64,000 nt of DNA from assembly GCF_054482595.1 (NCBI RefSeq), contig NZ_CM137008.1. One strand, given 5' to 3'. The translations under genes were made by a program, and so were the position numbers. The notes beneath the pieces are model-generated. The model was not told the DNA's origin. It saw only the letters and a program-made list of their open reading frames with translations, and searched no databases. Of this stretch, positions 11,362-23,729 are shown piece after piece (positions within the stretch are counted from its first letter, which is position 1; the number at the start of each line of letters is the position of its first letter).

Positions 11362-12525
11362 TTAGCGGGCGGCTTCGTATATACGGCGGCTGACATCCAG
11401 CGTAATGTCATGATTTTCGCCCAGTTGGGTCATGCCGTGCTCTTCCAGTTTTTTCAGCAAAGCCGGGATGGAGCTGCCGTCCAGACCGTAGTCGGAGAGG
11501 TGGGTAGGCACGCCTAATTGCTCAAAGAAATTGCGGGTTGCGGCAATCGCGGCGTCAATACGCTCATCGTCGGAACCTTCAGTGATGTTCCAGACGCGTT
11601 CAGCATATTGCAGCAGCTTAGCGCGCTTGGTATCGCGTTTTTCATTCCACAGTGCAGGCAGGACGATAGCCAGTGTTTGCGCGTGATCCAGACCGTGCAT
11701 CGCAGTCAGTTCGTGGCCCAGCATATGCGTTGCCCAGTCCTGCGGTACGCCAGCGCCAATCAAACCGTTCAGCGCCTGAGTCGCCGCCCACATGACGTTG
11801 GCGCGCACATCGTAGTTTTCTGGCTCTTTCAGGGCTTTCGGACCATCTTCGATCAGCGTCAGCAAAATGCCTTCTGCGAAACGGTCCTGAATTTTGGCAT
11901 CAACCGGTTTGGTAACATACTGTTCCACGGTGTGTACAAAGGCGTCCACTACACCGTTAGCCACCTGACGCGGCGGTAGGGTGTAGGTATAAACCGGATC
12001 GAGCACGGCAAATACGGGCTGAACATGGGCAGAATGGAACGCCTGCTTATCGCCTGTGGTTTTACGGGAGATCACCGCACCGGCGTTGGATTCTGAACCG
12101 GTTGCTGGCAGCGTCAGCACACAGCCCATCGGGATGGCGCTTTTAATCTCTTTACCGCCCGTTTGCAGAATGTGCCACGGATCGATATTTTCCGGATAGT
12201 TAGCCGCTGCGGCGATAAATTTGGTGCCGTCCAGTACAGAACCGCCGCCAACCGCCAGCAGGAAAGTCACTTTCTGTTCGCGAACCAGTTTCACGGCGTT
12301 CATCAGCGTTTCATAAGCCGGGTTTGGCTCAATACCGCCAAATTCCAGCACGTCCATGCCTTTCAGGGCATCCAGAACTTGATCGAGAACGCCGGTTTTT
12401 TTCACGCTGCCGCCACCGTAGGTAATCAATACGCGAGCATCGTGAGGAATTTGTTCGCGTAAACCAGCGATTGCGCCTTTACCAAACAGAATGCGGGTTG
12501 GGGTGTGCAGATTAAAGTTGTTCAT
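11362..12525 (-). CDS. yqhD: NADPH-dependent aldehyde reductase (iron-containing alcohol dehydrogenase family); ORF track start at 12549 is an 8-codon over-extension
   Basis: Translation from [22 protein letters not shown]; Fe-ADH fold motifs; divergent from yqhC. Confidence 0.93.
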   Translation of the reverse strand: MNNFNLHTPTRILFGKGAIAGLREQIPHDARVLITYGGGSVKKTGVLDQVLDALKGMDVLEFGGIEPNPAYETLMNAVKLVREQKVTFLLAVGGGSVLDGTKFIAAAANYPENIDPWHILQTGGKEIKSAIPMGCVLTLPATGSESNAGAVISRKTTGDKQAFHSAHVQPVFAVLDPVYTYTLPPRQVANGVVDAFVHTVEQYVTKPVDAKIQDRFAEGILLTLIEDGPKALKEPENYDVRANVMWAATQALNGLIGAGVPQDWATHMLGHELTAMHGLDHAQTLAIVLPALWNEKRDTKRAKLLQYAERVWNITEGSDDERIDAAIAATRNFFEQLGVPTHLSDYGLDGSSIPALLKKLEEHGMTQLGENHDITLDVSRRIYEAAR

Positions 12526-12661
12526 TACTTGCTCCCTTTGCTGGGCCAATATGAGGGCAGAGAACGATCTGCCTGATGTTTTTCATTGTGATCGCCAGCG
12601 CCCTGGCTCTCAATGCTCATTTCTGCCTATGTCTTGCCTATTTCTCCAGAGTGCTGGAGAA

Positions 12662-13618
12662 ATGCTACAAAATTGCGCACAATCAAATTGCCGCATTATT
12701 CCTAAGAAATTACGCGATATGAAACGTGAAGAGATTTGCCGCTTGCTGGCGGATAAAGTTAATAAACTGAAAAATAAAGAAAATAGTTTGTCAGAACTGT
12801 TGCCCGATGTGCGTTTGTTGTATGGCGAGACGCCTTTCGCACGTACACCGGTGATGTACGAGCCTGGCATCATAATTCTCTTTTCCGGGCATAAAATCGG
12901 TTATATCAATGAACGCGTGTTTCGTTATGATGCCAATGAATACCTGCTGCTGACGGTGCCGTTGCCGTTTGAGTGCGAAACCTATGCCACGTCAGAGGTG
13001 CCGCTGGCAGGGTTGCGTCTCAATGTCGATATTTTGCAGTTACAGGAACTGTTGATGGACATTGGCGAAGATGAGCATTTCCAGCCGTCGATGGCAGCCA
13101 GCGGGATTAACTCCGCCACGTTATCAGAAGAGATTTTATGCGCGGCGGAGCGGTTACTCGACGTGATGGAGCGACCACTGGATGCGCGTATTCTCGGCAA
13201 ACAGATCATCCGCGAAATTCTGTACTACGTGCTGACCGGACCTTGCGGCGGCGCGTTACTGGCGCTGGTCAGTCGCCAGACTCACTTCAGTCTGATTAGC
13301 CGCGTGCTGAAACGGATTGAGAATAAATACACCGAAAACCTGAGCGTCGAGCAACTGGCGGCAGAAGCCAACATGAGCGTATCGGCGTTCCACCATAATT
13401 TTAAGTCTGTCACCAGCACCTCGCCGTTGCAGTATTTGAAGAATTACCGTCTGCATAAGGCGCGGATGATGATCATCCATGACGGCATGAAGGCCAGCGC
13501 AGCAGCGATGCGCGTCGGCTATGAAAGCGCATCGCAATTTAGCCGTGAGTTTAAACGTTACTTCGGTGTGACGCCGGGGGAAGATGCGGCAAGAATGCGG
13601 GCGATGCAGGGGAATTAA
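12662..13618 (+). CDS. yqhC: AraC-family transcriptional activator of yqhD-dkgA; ORF track start at 12491 is probably over-extended, with the likely start at internal Met MLQNCAQ
   Basis: C-terminal AraC-type HTH region; start chosen so that the gene does not overlap the divergent yqhD start. Confidence 0.88.
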   Translation: MLQNCAQSNCRIIPKKLRDMKREEICRLLADKVNKLKNKENSLSELLPDVRLLYGETPFARTPVMYEPGIIILFSGHKIGYINERVFRYDANEYLLLTVPLPFECETYATSEVPLAGLRLNVDILQLQELLMDIGEDEHFQPSMAASGINSATLSEEILCAAERLLDVMERPLDARILGKQIIREILYYVLTGPCGGALLALVSRQTHFSLISRVLKRIENKYTENLSVEQLAAEANMSVSAFHHNFKSVTSTSPLQYLKNYRLHKARMMIIHDGMKASAAAMRVGYESASQFSREFKRYFGVTPGEDAARMRAMQGN

Positions 13619-13657
13619 ATACGTTCCCGGTACAGCAGCCGGGAACGGGGAAAATCG

Positions 13658-14317
13658 TCAGGCGTTACAGTATTTTTTTTTAATCACCACAAACAGCGTG
13701 CCTAACAAGCCAGCGGTTAACAAGGCAATTGGCAGGATCATCAGGAACGTCATTACCTGATCTTCATGGCGTTTAACGAACGGAATCATACTTAAGGCAT
13801 AGCCAAAACTGATTACCACGCTGACCCACAGCAATCCACTTAACCAGTTGAAAAACTGGAAGCGGCGGTTTGGCAGACCGGAAATTCCCGCCATGGTTGG
13901 CAGCAGCGTACGGACAAATGCAAGAAAACGTCCAGCCAGCAGCGCCAGCAGACCGTGGCGGTCAAACATGCAGGTGGCGCGCTGGTGATATTTAGCAGGA
14001 AGCTGTGCCAGCCAGCCTTTCACCGTTTTGGTATTCCCTAACCAGCGCCCCTGAATATAACTTAGCCAGCAGCCCAGACTTGCTGCGGCGGTCAGAATCG
14101 CAATCGTAGGCAGAAAATCCATAACCCCTTGGGCAATCAATGCGCCTGCCAGTATCAACAAGCTGTCGCCTGGCAAAAATGAGGCGGGCAGCAGGCCGTT
14201 TTCTAAAAACAGCGTGGCAAACATGACAAAGTAAACAACGCTAACAATATGAGGATCCGCCAGCGCGGCAAAGTCGTGTTGCCAGAGCGCAGCGATGATA
14301 TCTTGAATAACAGCCAT
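13658..14317 (-). CDS. yghB: DedA-family inner membrane protein
   Basis: 219 aa multi-TM protein with DedA/SNARE-associated signature. Confidence 0.88.
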   Translation of the reverse strand: MAVIQDIIAALWQHDFAALADPHIVSVVYFVMFATLFLENGLLPASFLPGDSLLILAGALIAQGVMDFLPTIAILTAAASLGCWLSYIQGRWLGNTKTVKGWLAQLPAKYHQRATCMFDRHGLLALLAGRFLAFVRTLLPTMAGISGLPNRRFQFFNWLSGLLWVSVVISFGYALSMIPFVKRHEDQVMTFLMILPIALLTAGLLGTLFVVIKKKYCNA

Positions 14318-14456
14318 GGACTTTCCTGTGGAACAGCGTTTAAGCCTTTATCTGCCTATTGTACTCCTGATTCGTCCGGGACGCCTTGATCCCGGACGCA
14401 ACAATTTAAGACTTTTCACAATTAAATGTCTGCAAAATTGTCCAAAAGTGGCAATG

Positions 14457-15644
14457 TTATACAATTCGCGCAAAACCGGCGTCCAGATCGGCAATCAGAT
14501 CGTCGACATCTTCCAGACCAATATGCAGGCGAATCAAGGTCCCGCTAAAATCGATCTCGCCTTGGGGGCGAATGGCGGCGATATGTTCTGGTTGATTCGC
14601 CAGGATCAACGATTCATACCCGCCCCACGAGTAGGCCATGCTGAATAAACTGAAGTTATCCAGATAGTTCGCCAGCTCTTCATTATTGAGTTTTTTCTTA
14701 AGCACAAAGGAAAATAGCCCGCTGCTGCCTGTAAAGTCTCGTTTCCAGAATTCGTGGCCTTTACTGCCAGGCAGAGCAGGGTGGTTAACTCGCGCAACTT
14801 GCGGATGTTCTGCCAGCCATTCAGCCACTTTCAGACTGCTTTCATGATGTTGACGCAAACGCACACCTAATGTGCGCAGGCCACGGCTGGTTATATAGGC
14901 GGTATCGGCATCGACCATCTGGCCCATCAGATAGGCGTTTTCCCGTAGCTGCTCCCAGCAACGGGCATTGCACACGGCAGTGCCAATCATCGCATCTGAA
15001 TGCCCAACCAGATATTTGGTGGCGGCTTGAATAGAAACATCGATGCCAAAATCCAGCGCCTTAAACAGCACACCGGCTGCCCAGGTGTTGTCGATCATAA
15101 TGATGGCATCCGGCACCACACTGCGTACGGCGGCAACAATCGCCGGAACGTCGTGGACTTCCATGGTGATGGAGCCTGGCGATTCCAGAAACACGATTTT
15201 AGTGTTTGGCTGCAGATGCTTAACGATATCGGCACCAATCAGCGGATCAAACCACGATGTCGTTACGCCCAGTTTGCTGAGGATTTTGCTACAGAAATCC
15301 TGACTCGGTTCATAGGCGGTGTTGGTCATCAACACATGAACGCCCTGTTCGACAAAAGCAAGAATGGAATTAGCAACCGCTGCCGCCCCGCAGGGAAATA
15401 GCGCGCAGCCTGCGCCACCTTCCAGTTCACACATCGCTTGTTGTAAGGAGAAATGGGTTAACGTTCCGCGCCGTCCATAGAACAACTCGCCATTGGCGCG
15501 ATTGCGCGTCGCGTGCTTTTTGGCTTCCACACTGTCAAAGACCAGCGAAGAAGCGCGCTGAATCACGCTATTTACCGCGCCGAGAGTGTATTTTTTGCTG
15601 CGTCCTGCATTCACCAGTTGAGTATCAAGCTTTTTGTCCGCCAT
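14457..15644 (-). CDS. metC: Cystathionine beta-lyase (PLP-dependent); ORF track start at 15779 is over-extended, with the likely start at [10 protein letters not shown]
   Basis: Cys/Met-metabolism PLP enzyme fold; PLP-lysine region [10 protein letters not shown]. Confidence 0.93.
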   Translation of the reverse strand: MADKKLDTQLVNAGRSKKYTLGAVNSVIQRASSLVFDSVEAKKHATRNRANGELFYGRRGTLTHFSLQQAMCELEGGAGCALFPCGAAAVANSILAFVEQGVHVLMTNTAYEPSQDFCSKILSKLGVTTSWFDPLIGADIVKHLQPNTKIVFLESPGSITMEVHDVPAIVAAVRSVVPDAIIMIDNTWAAGVLFKALDFGIDVSIQAATKYLVGHSDAMIGTAVCNARCWEQLRENAYLMGQMVDADTAYITSRGLRTLGVRLRQHHESSLKVAEWLAEHPQVARVNHPALPGSKGHEFWKRDFTGSSGLFSFVLKKKLNNEELANYLDNFSLFSMAYSWGGYESLILANQPEHIAAIRPQGEIDFSGTLIRLHIGLEDVDDLIADLDAGFARIV

Positions 15645-15662
15645 CTCGGGATTCCTGTTTTT

Positions 15663-15686
15663 ATACGTCTGGATGTCTAAACTAGC
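15663..15686 (-). promoter_or_regulatory. Candidate tandem MetJ boxes in the metC upstream region
   Basis: atacgtct ggatgtct aaactagc resemble tandem 8-bp met boxes (consensus AGACGTCT) just upstream of the metC start. Confidence 0.4.
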
Positions 15687-15807
15687 ATGAATATTCGCGG
15701 GCGCATCCTGAAGAATTGGCATAAAGCAGAAAATTTTCGCAAATGGCGTGCTGGTGACTTTTTTACTGCGTAAACGCAAGGAAAAGAAAGCAAAGGTACG
15801 GCAGTAT

Positions 15808-15838
15808 GCAAATAGTAATGAGAACGACTATCAATTCG
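15808..15838 (+). promoter_or_regulatory. Candidate Fur box / promoter of exbBD
   Basis: gcaaatagtaatgagaacgactatcaatt partially matches the Fur consensus GATAATGATAATCATTATC; exbB is a known Fur-regulated gene. Confidence 0.35.
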
Positions 15839-15895
15839 ACGTCGTTTTGATATTATTATGCGCAGATTTTGTGACTTGCGTCCTGGAGATACACA

Positions 15896-16630
15896 GTGGG
15901 TAATAATTTAATGCAGACGGACCTTTCCGTCTGGGGTATGTATCAGCACGCCGATATTGTCGTTAAGTGCGTGATGATTGGGCTTATTTTGGCCTCCGTA
16001 GTCACCTGGGCAATCTTCTTCAGTAAGAGCGTAGAGTTCTTTAATCAGAAGCGTCGCCTTAAGCGCGAGCAGCAACTGCTGGCTGAAGCGCGTTCCTTAA
16101 ACCAGGCCAACGATATCGCCGCTGATTTTGGTAGCAAAAGCTTAAGCCTGCATTTGCTCAATGAAGCGCAGAATGAGCTGGAACTGTCAGAAGGCAGCGA
16201 CGATAACGAAGGTATTAAAGAACGTACCAGCTTCCGTCTGGAGCGTCGGGTCGCCGCAGTGGGTCGTCAAATGGGCCGCGGTAACGGCTATCTGGCAACC
16301 ATCGGCGCGATTTCTCCGTTCGTTGGTCTGTTTGGTACGGTCTGGGGCATCATGAACAGCTTTATTGGTATCGCGCAAACGCAGACCACTAACCTGGCAG
16401 TCGTTGCGCCGGGTATCGCAGAAGCTCTGTTAGCAACGGCAATCGGCCTCGTGGCAGCGATTCCTGCGGTCGTTATCTATAACGTATTTGCACGCCAGAT
16501 TGGCGGCTTTAAAGCGATGCTGGGTGATGTTGCAGCGCAGGTATTGTTGCTGCAAAGCCGTGACCTGGATCTGGAAGCCAGCGCCGCTGCGCATCCGGTT
16601 CGTGTCGCACAAAAATTACGCGCAGGATAA
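15896..16630 (+). CDS. exbB: TonB-system energizer ExbB
   Basis: 244 aa; MotA/TolQ/ExbB family TM protein. Confidence 0.95.
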   Translation: MGNNLMQTDLSVWGMYQHADIVVKCVMIGLILASVVTWAIFFSKSVEFFNQKRRLKREQQLLAEARSLNQANDIAADFGSKSLSLHLLNEAQNELELSEGSDDNEGIKERTSFRLERRVAAVGRQMGRGNGYLATIGAISPFVGLFGTVWGIMNSFIGIAQTQTTNLAVVAPGIAEALLATAIGLVAAIPAVVIYNVFARQIGGFKAMLGDVAAQVLLLQSRDLDLEASAAAHPVRVAQKLRAG

Positions 16631-16636
16631 TATCCG

Positions 16637-17062
16637 ATGGCAATGCATCTTAACGAAAACCTCGACGATAACGGCGAAATGCATGATATCAACGTGACGC
16701 CGTTTATCGACGTGATGTTGGTTCTGCTGATTATCTTTATGGTGGCGGCACCGTTAGCGACGGTAGATGTGAAGGTGAACTTGCCTGCTTCTACCAGCAC
16801 GCCGCAGCCGCGCCCGGAAAAACCGGTTTATCTGTCGGTGAAGGCAGACAACTCGATGTTTATCGGTAACGATCCGGTCACCGATGAAACAATGATTACG
16901 GCGTTGAATGCGTTAACCGAAGGCAAGAAAGACACCACCATCTTCTTCCGAGCGGATAAAACCGTCGATTACGAGACGTTGATGAAGGTAATGGATACGC
17001 TGCATCAGGCGGGTTACCTGAAGATAGGTCTGGTCGGCGAAGAAACCGCCAAAGCGAAGTAA
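16637..17062 (+). CDS. exbD: TonB-system energizer ExbD
   Basis: 141 aa; single N-terminal TM plus periplasmic domain; immediately follows exbB. Confidence 0.95.
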   Translation: MAMHLNENLDDNGEMHDINVTPFIDVMLVLLIIFMVAAPLATVDVKVNLPASTSTPQPRPEKPVYLSVKADNSMFIGNDPVTDETMITALNALTEGKKDTTIFFRADKTVDYETLMKVMDTLHQAGYLKIGLVGEETAKAK

Positions 17063-17065
17063 AGT

Positions 17066-17290
17066 AGAATTGCCTGATGCGCTACGCTCATCAGGCCTAC
17101 AATATCTATTGCAACATGTTGAATCTTCGTGCGTTTGTAGGCCGGATAAGGCGTTCACGCCGCATCCGGCATTAGGTGCTCAATGCCTGATGCGCTACGC
17201 TTATCAGGCCTATAAAATCTATTGCAACATGTTGAATCTTCATGCGTTTGTAGGCGGATAAGGCGTTTTCGCCACATCAGGTAAGAGTGA
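17066..17290. repeat. REP/BIME palindromic array (two copies of a unit of about 108 bp, each with two REP palindromes)
   Basis: gcctgatgcgctacgctcatcaggcctac at about 17070 repeated at about 17178; gccggataaggcgtt...gccgcatccggca REP palindromes. Confidence 0.85.
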
Positions 17291-17300
17291 ATTCACAATG

Positions 17301-17335
17301 ATGCCCGGTTGCTTTTCACAACCGGGCATTTTTTT
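17301..17335 (+). terminator. Intrinsic terminator of exbBD
   Basis: Stem atgcccggttg / caaccgggcat followed by a run of seven T. Confidence 0.75.
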
Positions 17336-18218
17336 AACCTAAATGCTCGCCGCCGCACACACCGTGCACTTCTGCGGTGACGTAGCTCGACTCCTGACTT
17401 GCCAGATAAACATATACAGGGGCCAGTTCCGCCGGTTGCCCCGCACGCTTCATCGGCGTTTTCTGACCAAACTGCGGGATCTTATCCTGCGTTTGTCCGC
17501 CGGAAATTTGCAGTGCCGTCCAGATAGGGCCTGGCGCGACAATATTCACCCGAATACCTTTCTCCGCGACCTGTTTTGCCAGGCCACGGCTGTAGTTCAG
17601 AATCGCCGCCTTCGTAGCCGCATAGTCCAGTAAATGCGGACTTGGCTGGTATGCCTGGATTGACGAAGTGGTGATGATACTTGCACCTTTCGGTAGCAGG
17701 GGGATCGCTTCCTGGGTTAGCCAGAACAGCGCGAAAACGTTAATGGCAAAGGTCTTTTGAAACTGTTCGCTGGTGAGGTCTGCAATATCCGGAATGGCAA
17801 CCTGTTTCCCGGCGACCAGCGCCATAATATCCAGCCCGCCTAACGCCTTGTGCGCTTCGTGAACCAGCGAACGGGCGAATTTCTCATCGCTTAAATCGCC
17901 TGGCAGCAGAACGGCTTTGCGTCCGCATTCTTCAATGATCTTTTTCACATCCTGAGCGTCTTCTTCTTCCACGGGAAGATAACTGATCGCCACGTCAGCC
18001 CCTTCACGCGCGTAAGCGATGGCGGCAGCGCGACCTATTCCGGAATCGCCCCCTGTCACCAGTGCTTTACGATCTTTCAGGCGACCGCTACCAACATAGG
18101 TTTTCTCGCCGCAATCCGGTACCGGTGTCATCTTCGCCTGGATGCCTGGCGTCGGTTGTTTCTGTTTGGGATATTCACCAGTGTAATACTGCGTGGTCGG
18201 GTCTTTTAAATGAGACAT
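17334..18218 (-). CDS. yghA: NADP-dependent short-chain dehydrogenase/reductase
   Basis: 294 aa; glycine-rich SDR cofactor-binding motif [10 protein letters not shown]. Confidence 0.9.
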   Translation of the reverse strand: MSHLKDPTTQYYTGEYPKQKQPTPGIQAKMTPVPDCGEKTYVGSGRLKDRKALVTGGDSGIGRAAAIAYAREGADVAISYLPVEEEDAQDVKKIIEECGRKAVLLPGDLSDEKFARSLVHEAHKALGGLDIMALVAGKQVAIPDIADLTSEQFQKTFAINVFALFWLTQEAIPLLPKGASIITTSSIQAYQPSPHLLDYAATKAAILNYSRGLAKQVAEKGIRVNIVAPGPIWTALQISGGQTQDKIPQFGQKTPMKRAGQPAELAPVYVYLASQESSYVTAEVHGVCGGEHLG

Positions 18219-18339
18219 CGTTTTTCTCCCTTCAGGTTCAACGTCCTTTAAGGGTAGACGCTCTCGATGCGTTGATAAGGGAACCAGGAAGATCCCTAAA
18301 CCTCAGAATTATGCGACAAAGGTTTAACGTATATGTTGA

Positions 18340-18903
<564 letters not shown>

Positions 18904-18942
18904 TCTGATTCGGGCGCGGTTCGCGCGCCCGTTATTAACAGG

Positions 18943-19983
18943 TCATTTATCGGACGACGCCTGCCACAGATTCAGCTCGCCATCGGCGATATGCTGATCA
19001 ATCTGCGCCAGCTCCTCGGTGCTAAATGTCAGATTATTCAGCGCCTGCACGTTCTCCTCAAGTTGCTCCGCGCGGCTGGCACCAATCAATACCGACGTCA
19101 CGCGATCATCTTTCAGCAACCAGCTTAACGCCATTTGCGCCATTGATTGTCCACGCTGCTGTGCCATTTCATTCAATAAGCGCAGGCTGTTGAGGTTGGC
19201 TTCGGTGAGCATTTTCGGCGTCAGGCCACGAACTTTATTCCCTTCACGATGCATCCGTGAATCTTCAGGAATGCCGTTGAGATATTTTCCGGTCAGCAAT
19301 CCCTGAGCCAGAGGAGTAAAGGCAATACAGCCCACGCCGTTATTTTGCAGGGTATCCAGCAGGCCGCTTTTATCCACCCAGCGGTTCAGTAAATTGTACG
19401 AAGGTTGATGAATTAACAGCGGAATTTTCCACTCGTGCAGCAACTCGACCATTTTTTGCGTCCGCTCTGGCGAGTAAGAGGAGATCCCGACATACAGCGC
19501 CTTACCGCTTTGTACCGCATGAGCCAGCGCAGAGGCGGTTTCTTCCATCGGCGTATTTTCATCGACGCGATGAGAGTAAAAGATATCGACATACTCAAGC
19601 CCCATACGCTTCAGGCTTTGGTCGAGGCTGGCGAGCAGGTATTTACGTGAACCGCCAGAGCCGTACGGGCCGGGCCACATATCGTAGCCAGCCTTGGTAG
19701 AGATAATCAGTTCATCGCGATAAGCGGCAAAATCCTCCCGCAGCAGGCGACCAAAGTTCTCTTCTGCGCTTCCTGGAGGTGGCCCGTAATTGTTGGCTAA
19801 ATCAAAGTGCGTAATGCCCAAATCAAACGCTTTACGCAGGATCGCACGCTGTGATTCCAGCGCGTTAACGTGACCGAAATTGTGCCATAAACCGAGCGAT
19901 AACGCGGGCAGGCGTAAACCGCTTTTTCCGCAATAGCGGTATTGCATCTGCCCGTAACGTTCGGGATTCGCTAACCAGACCAT
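18943..19983 (-). CDS. yghZ: L-glyceraldehyde-3-phosphate reductase (aldo-keto reductase)
   Basis: 346 aa AKR family. Confidence 0.9.
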   Translation of the reverse strand: MVWLANPERYGQMQYRYCGKSGLRLPALSLGLWHNFGHVNALESQRAILRKAFDLGITHFDLANNYGPPPGSAEENFGRLLREDFAAYRDELIISTKAGYDMWPGPYGSGGSRKYLLASLDQSLKRMGLEYVDIFYSHRVDENTPMEETASALAHAVQSGKALYVGISSYSPERTQKMVELLHEWKIPLLIHQPSYNLLNRWVDKSGLLDTLQNNGVGCIAFTPLAQGLLTGKYLNGIPEDSRMHREGNKVRGLTPKMLTEANLNSLRLLNEMAQQRGQSMAQMALSWLLKDDRVTSVLIGASRAEQLEENVQALNNLTFSTEELAQIDQHIADGELNLWQASSDK

Positions 19984-20139
19984 GACCTCTCCTTTCCACC
20001 GTTCAATTTCGAAACAATGTTTCTAGTTTAGCGATTCGCCAGCGCGTATCCCGTAGTCTGGCTCACAGAGTGACGAAAAACTGGGCAAAAACACGCGCTT
20101 ATGCTTTGCTTAAAAAAACACCAATTGAGGAGTGCAACG

Positions 20140-21027
20140 ATGCCGCGTTTAACCGCCAAAGATTTCCCACAAGAGTTGCTGGATTACTACGACTATTACG
20201 CTCACGGGAAAATCTCGAAACGTGAGTTCCTCAACCTTGCGGCGAAGTATGCGGTGGGCGGGATGACGGCATTAGCGTTGTTTGATTTGCTCAAGCCAAA
20301 TTATGCGCTGGCGACTCAGGTAGAGTTTACCGACCCGGAGATTGTTGCTGAGTACATCACGTATCCTTCGCCAAATGGTCACGGCGAGGTACGGGGTTAT
20401 CTGGTGAAACCCGCAAAAATGAGCGGCAAAACGCCAGCCGTGGTAGTGGTGCATGAGAATCGTGGACTGAATCCGTATATCGAAGATGTGGCACGGCGAG
20501 TGGCGAAGGCGGGGTATATCGCCCTGGCACCTGACGGCTTAAGTTCCGTTGGAGGTTATCCGGGAAATGATGATAAAGGTCGTGAGCTGCAACAGCAGGT
20601 TGATCCAACCAAACTGATGAATGATTTCTTTGCCGCAATTGAGTTTATGCAACGCTATCCGCAAGCGGCAGGCAAAGTGGGTATTACCGGATTTTGCTAT
20701 GGCGGTGGCGTATCGAACGCGGCGGCTGTCGCGTATCCGGAACTGGCCTGCGCGGTGCCGTTTTATGGTCGTCAGGCACCCACTGCCGATGTGGCGAAGA
20801 TTGAAGCGCCTTTACTACTCCACTTCGCGGAACTGGACACCCGAATCAACGAGGGCTGGCCTGCTTACGAGGCGGCGTTGAAAGCCAATAATAAGGTTTA
20901 TGAGGCGTATATCTATCCGGGGGTTAATCACGGATTCCATAATGATTCCACGCCCCGTTATGACAAATCTGCCGCCGATCTTGCCTGGCAAAGGACACTG
21001 AAATGGTTCGATAAATATCTCTCCTGA
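20140..21027 (+). CDS. yghX: Dienelactone-hydrolase-family protein, intact here (a pseudogene in K-12, from memory); likely start at the Met of MPRLTAKDF, preceded by a GAGGAG Shine-Dalgarno
   Basis: alpha/beta-hydrolase nucleophile elbow GFCYGG; uninterrupted 295-codon frame. Confidence 0.8.
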   Translation: MPRLTAKDFPQELLDYYDYYAHGKISKREFLNLAAKYAVGGMTALALFDLLKPNYALATQVEFTDPEIVAEYITYPSPNGHGEVRGYLVKPAKMSGKTPAVVVVHENRGLNPYIEDVARRVAKAGYIALAPDGLSSVGGYPGNDDKGRELQQQVDPTKLMNDFFAAIEFMQRYPQAAGKVGITGFCYGGGVSNAAAVAYPELACAVPFYGRQAPTADVAKIEAPLLLHFAELDTRINEGWPAYEAALKANNKVYEAYIYPGVNHGFHNDSTPRYDKSAADLAWQRTLKWFDKYLS

Positions 21028-21145
21028 TAGGTTTATCTCTTACTGGATTACGTCTTAAACAAGCATGAAAAAATAGCGTGCGCAAAAGTCGTTCTTTGCC
21101 TAAAATATCGCTATATATGGCGATATATAACGAATGAGGTGAACG

Positions 21146-21433
21146 ATGAATAACCATTTTGGTAAAGGCTTAATGGCGGGATTAAAAGCAACGCATGCCG
21201 ACAGTGCGGTTAATGTGACAAAATTCTGTGCCGATTATAAACGCGGTTTTGTATTAGGCTACTCACACCGGATGTACGAAAAGACCGGAGATCGCCAGCT
21301 TAGCGCCTGGGAAGCGGGTATTCTGACGCGCCGCTATGGACTGGATAAAGAGATGGTAATGGATTTCTTTCGTGAGAATAATTCCTGTTCTACGTTGCGC
21401 TTTTTTATGGCCGGTTATCGCCTCGAAAATTGA
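21146..21433 (+). CDS. yghW: Small protein of unknown function YghW (DUF2623)
   Basis: 95 aa ORF immediately upstream of the hyb operon, conserved position. Confidence 0.75.
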
Positions 21434-21621
21434 TCAAACATACGTATTATCTTGCTTTAATTAATTACACTAATGCTTCTTCCCTTCGTTTTAGCGCCCC
21501 GCCGCAGTATCATGATATCGATAACCATAATAAATGTGTGGTAAATGGCGCATCGATCGCATTATTGATTTTGCGATTGAGGCAAAATATATGCCAGGTC
21601 TTCGCAACGGAATAACTATAA

Positions 21622-22740
21622 ATGACTGGAGATAACACCCTCATCCATTCTCACGGCATTAACCGTCGTGATTTCATGAAGCTTTGTGCAGCATTAGCCG
21701 CCACCATGGGGTTAAGTAGCAAAGCCGCTGCAGAGATGGCCGAATCGGTTACTAACCCGCAGCGTCCGCCAGTTATCTGGATTGGCGCGCAGGAGTGCAC
21801 CGGTTGTACGGAATCTCTGCTTCGTGCAACGCATCCAACGGTAGAAAACCTCGTGCTGGAGACTATCTCTCTGGAGTATCACGAAGTGCTTTCCGCCGCC
21901 TTCGGTCATCAGGTCGAAGAGAACAAACATAACGCACTTGAGAAGTACAAAGGGCAGTATGTGTTGGTTGTGGATGGTTCCATCCCATTAAAAGATAACG
22001 GTATTTATTGCATGGTTGCTGGTGAGCCGATTGTGGATCACATCCGCAAAGCGGCAGAAGGCGCAGCAGCGATTATCGCTATCGGTTCCTGCTCTGCGTG
22101 GGGCGGTGTTGCCGCAGCTGGAGTTAACCCAACTGGCGCAGTCAGCCTGCAAGAAGTTCTGCCAGGCAAAACCGTTATCAATATTCCGGGCTGCCCGCCG
22201 AACCCGCACAACTTCCTCGCGACCGTTGCGCACATCATCACTTACGGCAAACCGCCGAAACTGGATGACAAAAATCGTCCGACCTTCGCCTATGGCCGTC
22301 TGATTCACGAACACTGCGAACGTCGCCCGCACTTCGATGCTGGTCGTTTTGCCAAAGAGTTCGGTGATGAAGGCCACCGTGAAGGCTGGTGCCTGTACCA
22401 CCTCGGCTGTAAAGGGCCAGAAACTTACGGCAACTGCTCAACGCTGCAATTCTGCGATGTTGGCGGCGTGTGGCCGGTAGCGATTGGTCACCCATGCTAT
22501 GGCTGTAACGAAGAAGGTATCGGCTTCCATAAAGGCATCCATCAGCTTGCCAACGTCGAAAATCAGACTCCGCGTTCACAGAAACCGGATGTTAACGCTA
22601 AAGAGGGCGGCAACGTCTCTGCAGGCGCTATTGGTTTGCTCGGCGGTGTGGTTGGGCTGGTTGCCGGTGTCAGCGTGATGGCGGTGCGTGAACTGGGTCG
22701 TCAGCAAAAGAAAGATAACGCTGACTCACGGGGAGAATAA
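21622..22740 (+). CDS. hybO: Hydrogenase 2 small subunit (Tat signal)
   Basis: 372 aa; Tat motif RRDFMK; [NiFe]-hydrogenase small-subunit Cys clusters. Confidence 0.95.
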   Translation: MTGDNTLIHSHGINRRDFMKLCAALAATMGLSSKAAAEMAESVTNPQRPPVIWIGAQECTGCTESLLRATHPTVENLVLETISLEYHEVLSAAFGHQVEENKHNALEKYKGQYVLVVDGSIPLKDNGIYCMVAGEPIVDHIRKAAEGAAAIIAIGSCSAWGGVAAAGVNPTGAVSLQEVLPGKTVINIPGCPPNPHNFLATVAHIITYGKPPKLDDKNRPTFAYGRLIHEHCERRPHFDAGRFAKEFGDEGHREGWCLYHLGCKGPETYGNCSTLQFCDVGGVWPVAIGHPCYGCNEEGIGFHKGIHQLANVENQTPRSQKPDVNAKEGGNVSAGAIGLLGGVVGLVAGVSVMAVRELGRQQKKDNADSRGE

Positions 22741-22742
22741 CC

Positions 22743-23729
22743 GTGAACAGACGTAATTTTATTAAAGCAGCCTCCTGCGGGGCATTGCTGACGGGCGCGC
22801 TGCCGTCTGTCAGTCATGCGGCTGCTGAAAACCGCCCGCCAATTCCGGGATCGCTGGGGATGTTGTACGACTCGACCTTGTGCGTAGGCTGCCAGGCTTG
22901 CGTCACCAAGTGTCAGGATATCAACTTCCCTGAACGTAACCCGCAAGGGGAACAGACCTGGTCGAACAACGACAAACTGTCGCCGTATACCAATAACATC
23001 ATTCAGGTGTGGACCAGCGGCACAGGGGTCAACAAAGACCAGGAGGAGAACGGCTACGCGTACATTAAGAAACAGTGTATGCACTGCGTCGATCCGAACT
23101 GTGTCTCTGTGTGCCCGGTCTCTGCGCTGAAAAAAGATCCGAAAACCGGCATTGTCCATTACGACAAAGATGTGTGCACCGGTTGCCGTTACTGCATGGT
23201 CGCCTGCCCATACAACGTGCCGAAGTACGACTACAACAACCCGTTTGGTGCGCTGCATAAGTGCGAGTTGTGCAACCAGAAAGGTGTGGAACGTCTCGAT
23301 AAAGGCGGTTTGCCTGGCTGCGTAGAAGTGTGCCCGGCGGGCGCGGTAATTTTTGGTACGCGTGAAGAGCTGATGGCGGAGGCGAAAAAACGTCTGGCGC
23401 TGAAGCCTGGCAGCGAATACCACTATCCGCGTCAGACGCTGAAATCTGGCGACACTTACCTGCATACGGTGCCGAAATATTATCCGCATCTGTACGGCGA
23501 GAAAGAGGGCGGCGGTACTCAGGTTCTGGTACTGACGGGTGTGCCTTATGAAAATCTCGACCTGCCGAAACTGGACGATCTTTCTACCGGTGCGCGTTCC
23601 GAAAATATTCAACACACCCTGTATAAAGGCATGATGCTACCACTGGCTGTGCTGGCGGGCTTAACCGTGCTGGTTCGTCGCAACACCAAAAACGACCATC
23701 ACGACGGAGGAGACGATCATGAGTCATGA
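22743..23729 (+). CDS. hybA: Hydrogenase 2 4Fe-4S ferredoxin-type subunit (GTG start, Tat signal)
   Basis: 328 aa; [10 protein letters not shown] Tat motif; four CxxCxxCxxxCP ferredoxin motifs. Confidence 0.93.

Noticed and set aside
21430-21615. 61-aa ORF in the yghW–hybO intergenic region
   Set aside because: Lies in the AT-rich hyb promoter region; no ribosome-binding site; more likely regulatory DNA than a gene.
22701-23615. 304-aa minus-strand ORF across hybA
   Set aside because: Antisense to hybA; Arg-rich, low-complexity translation; no independent support.
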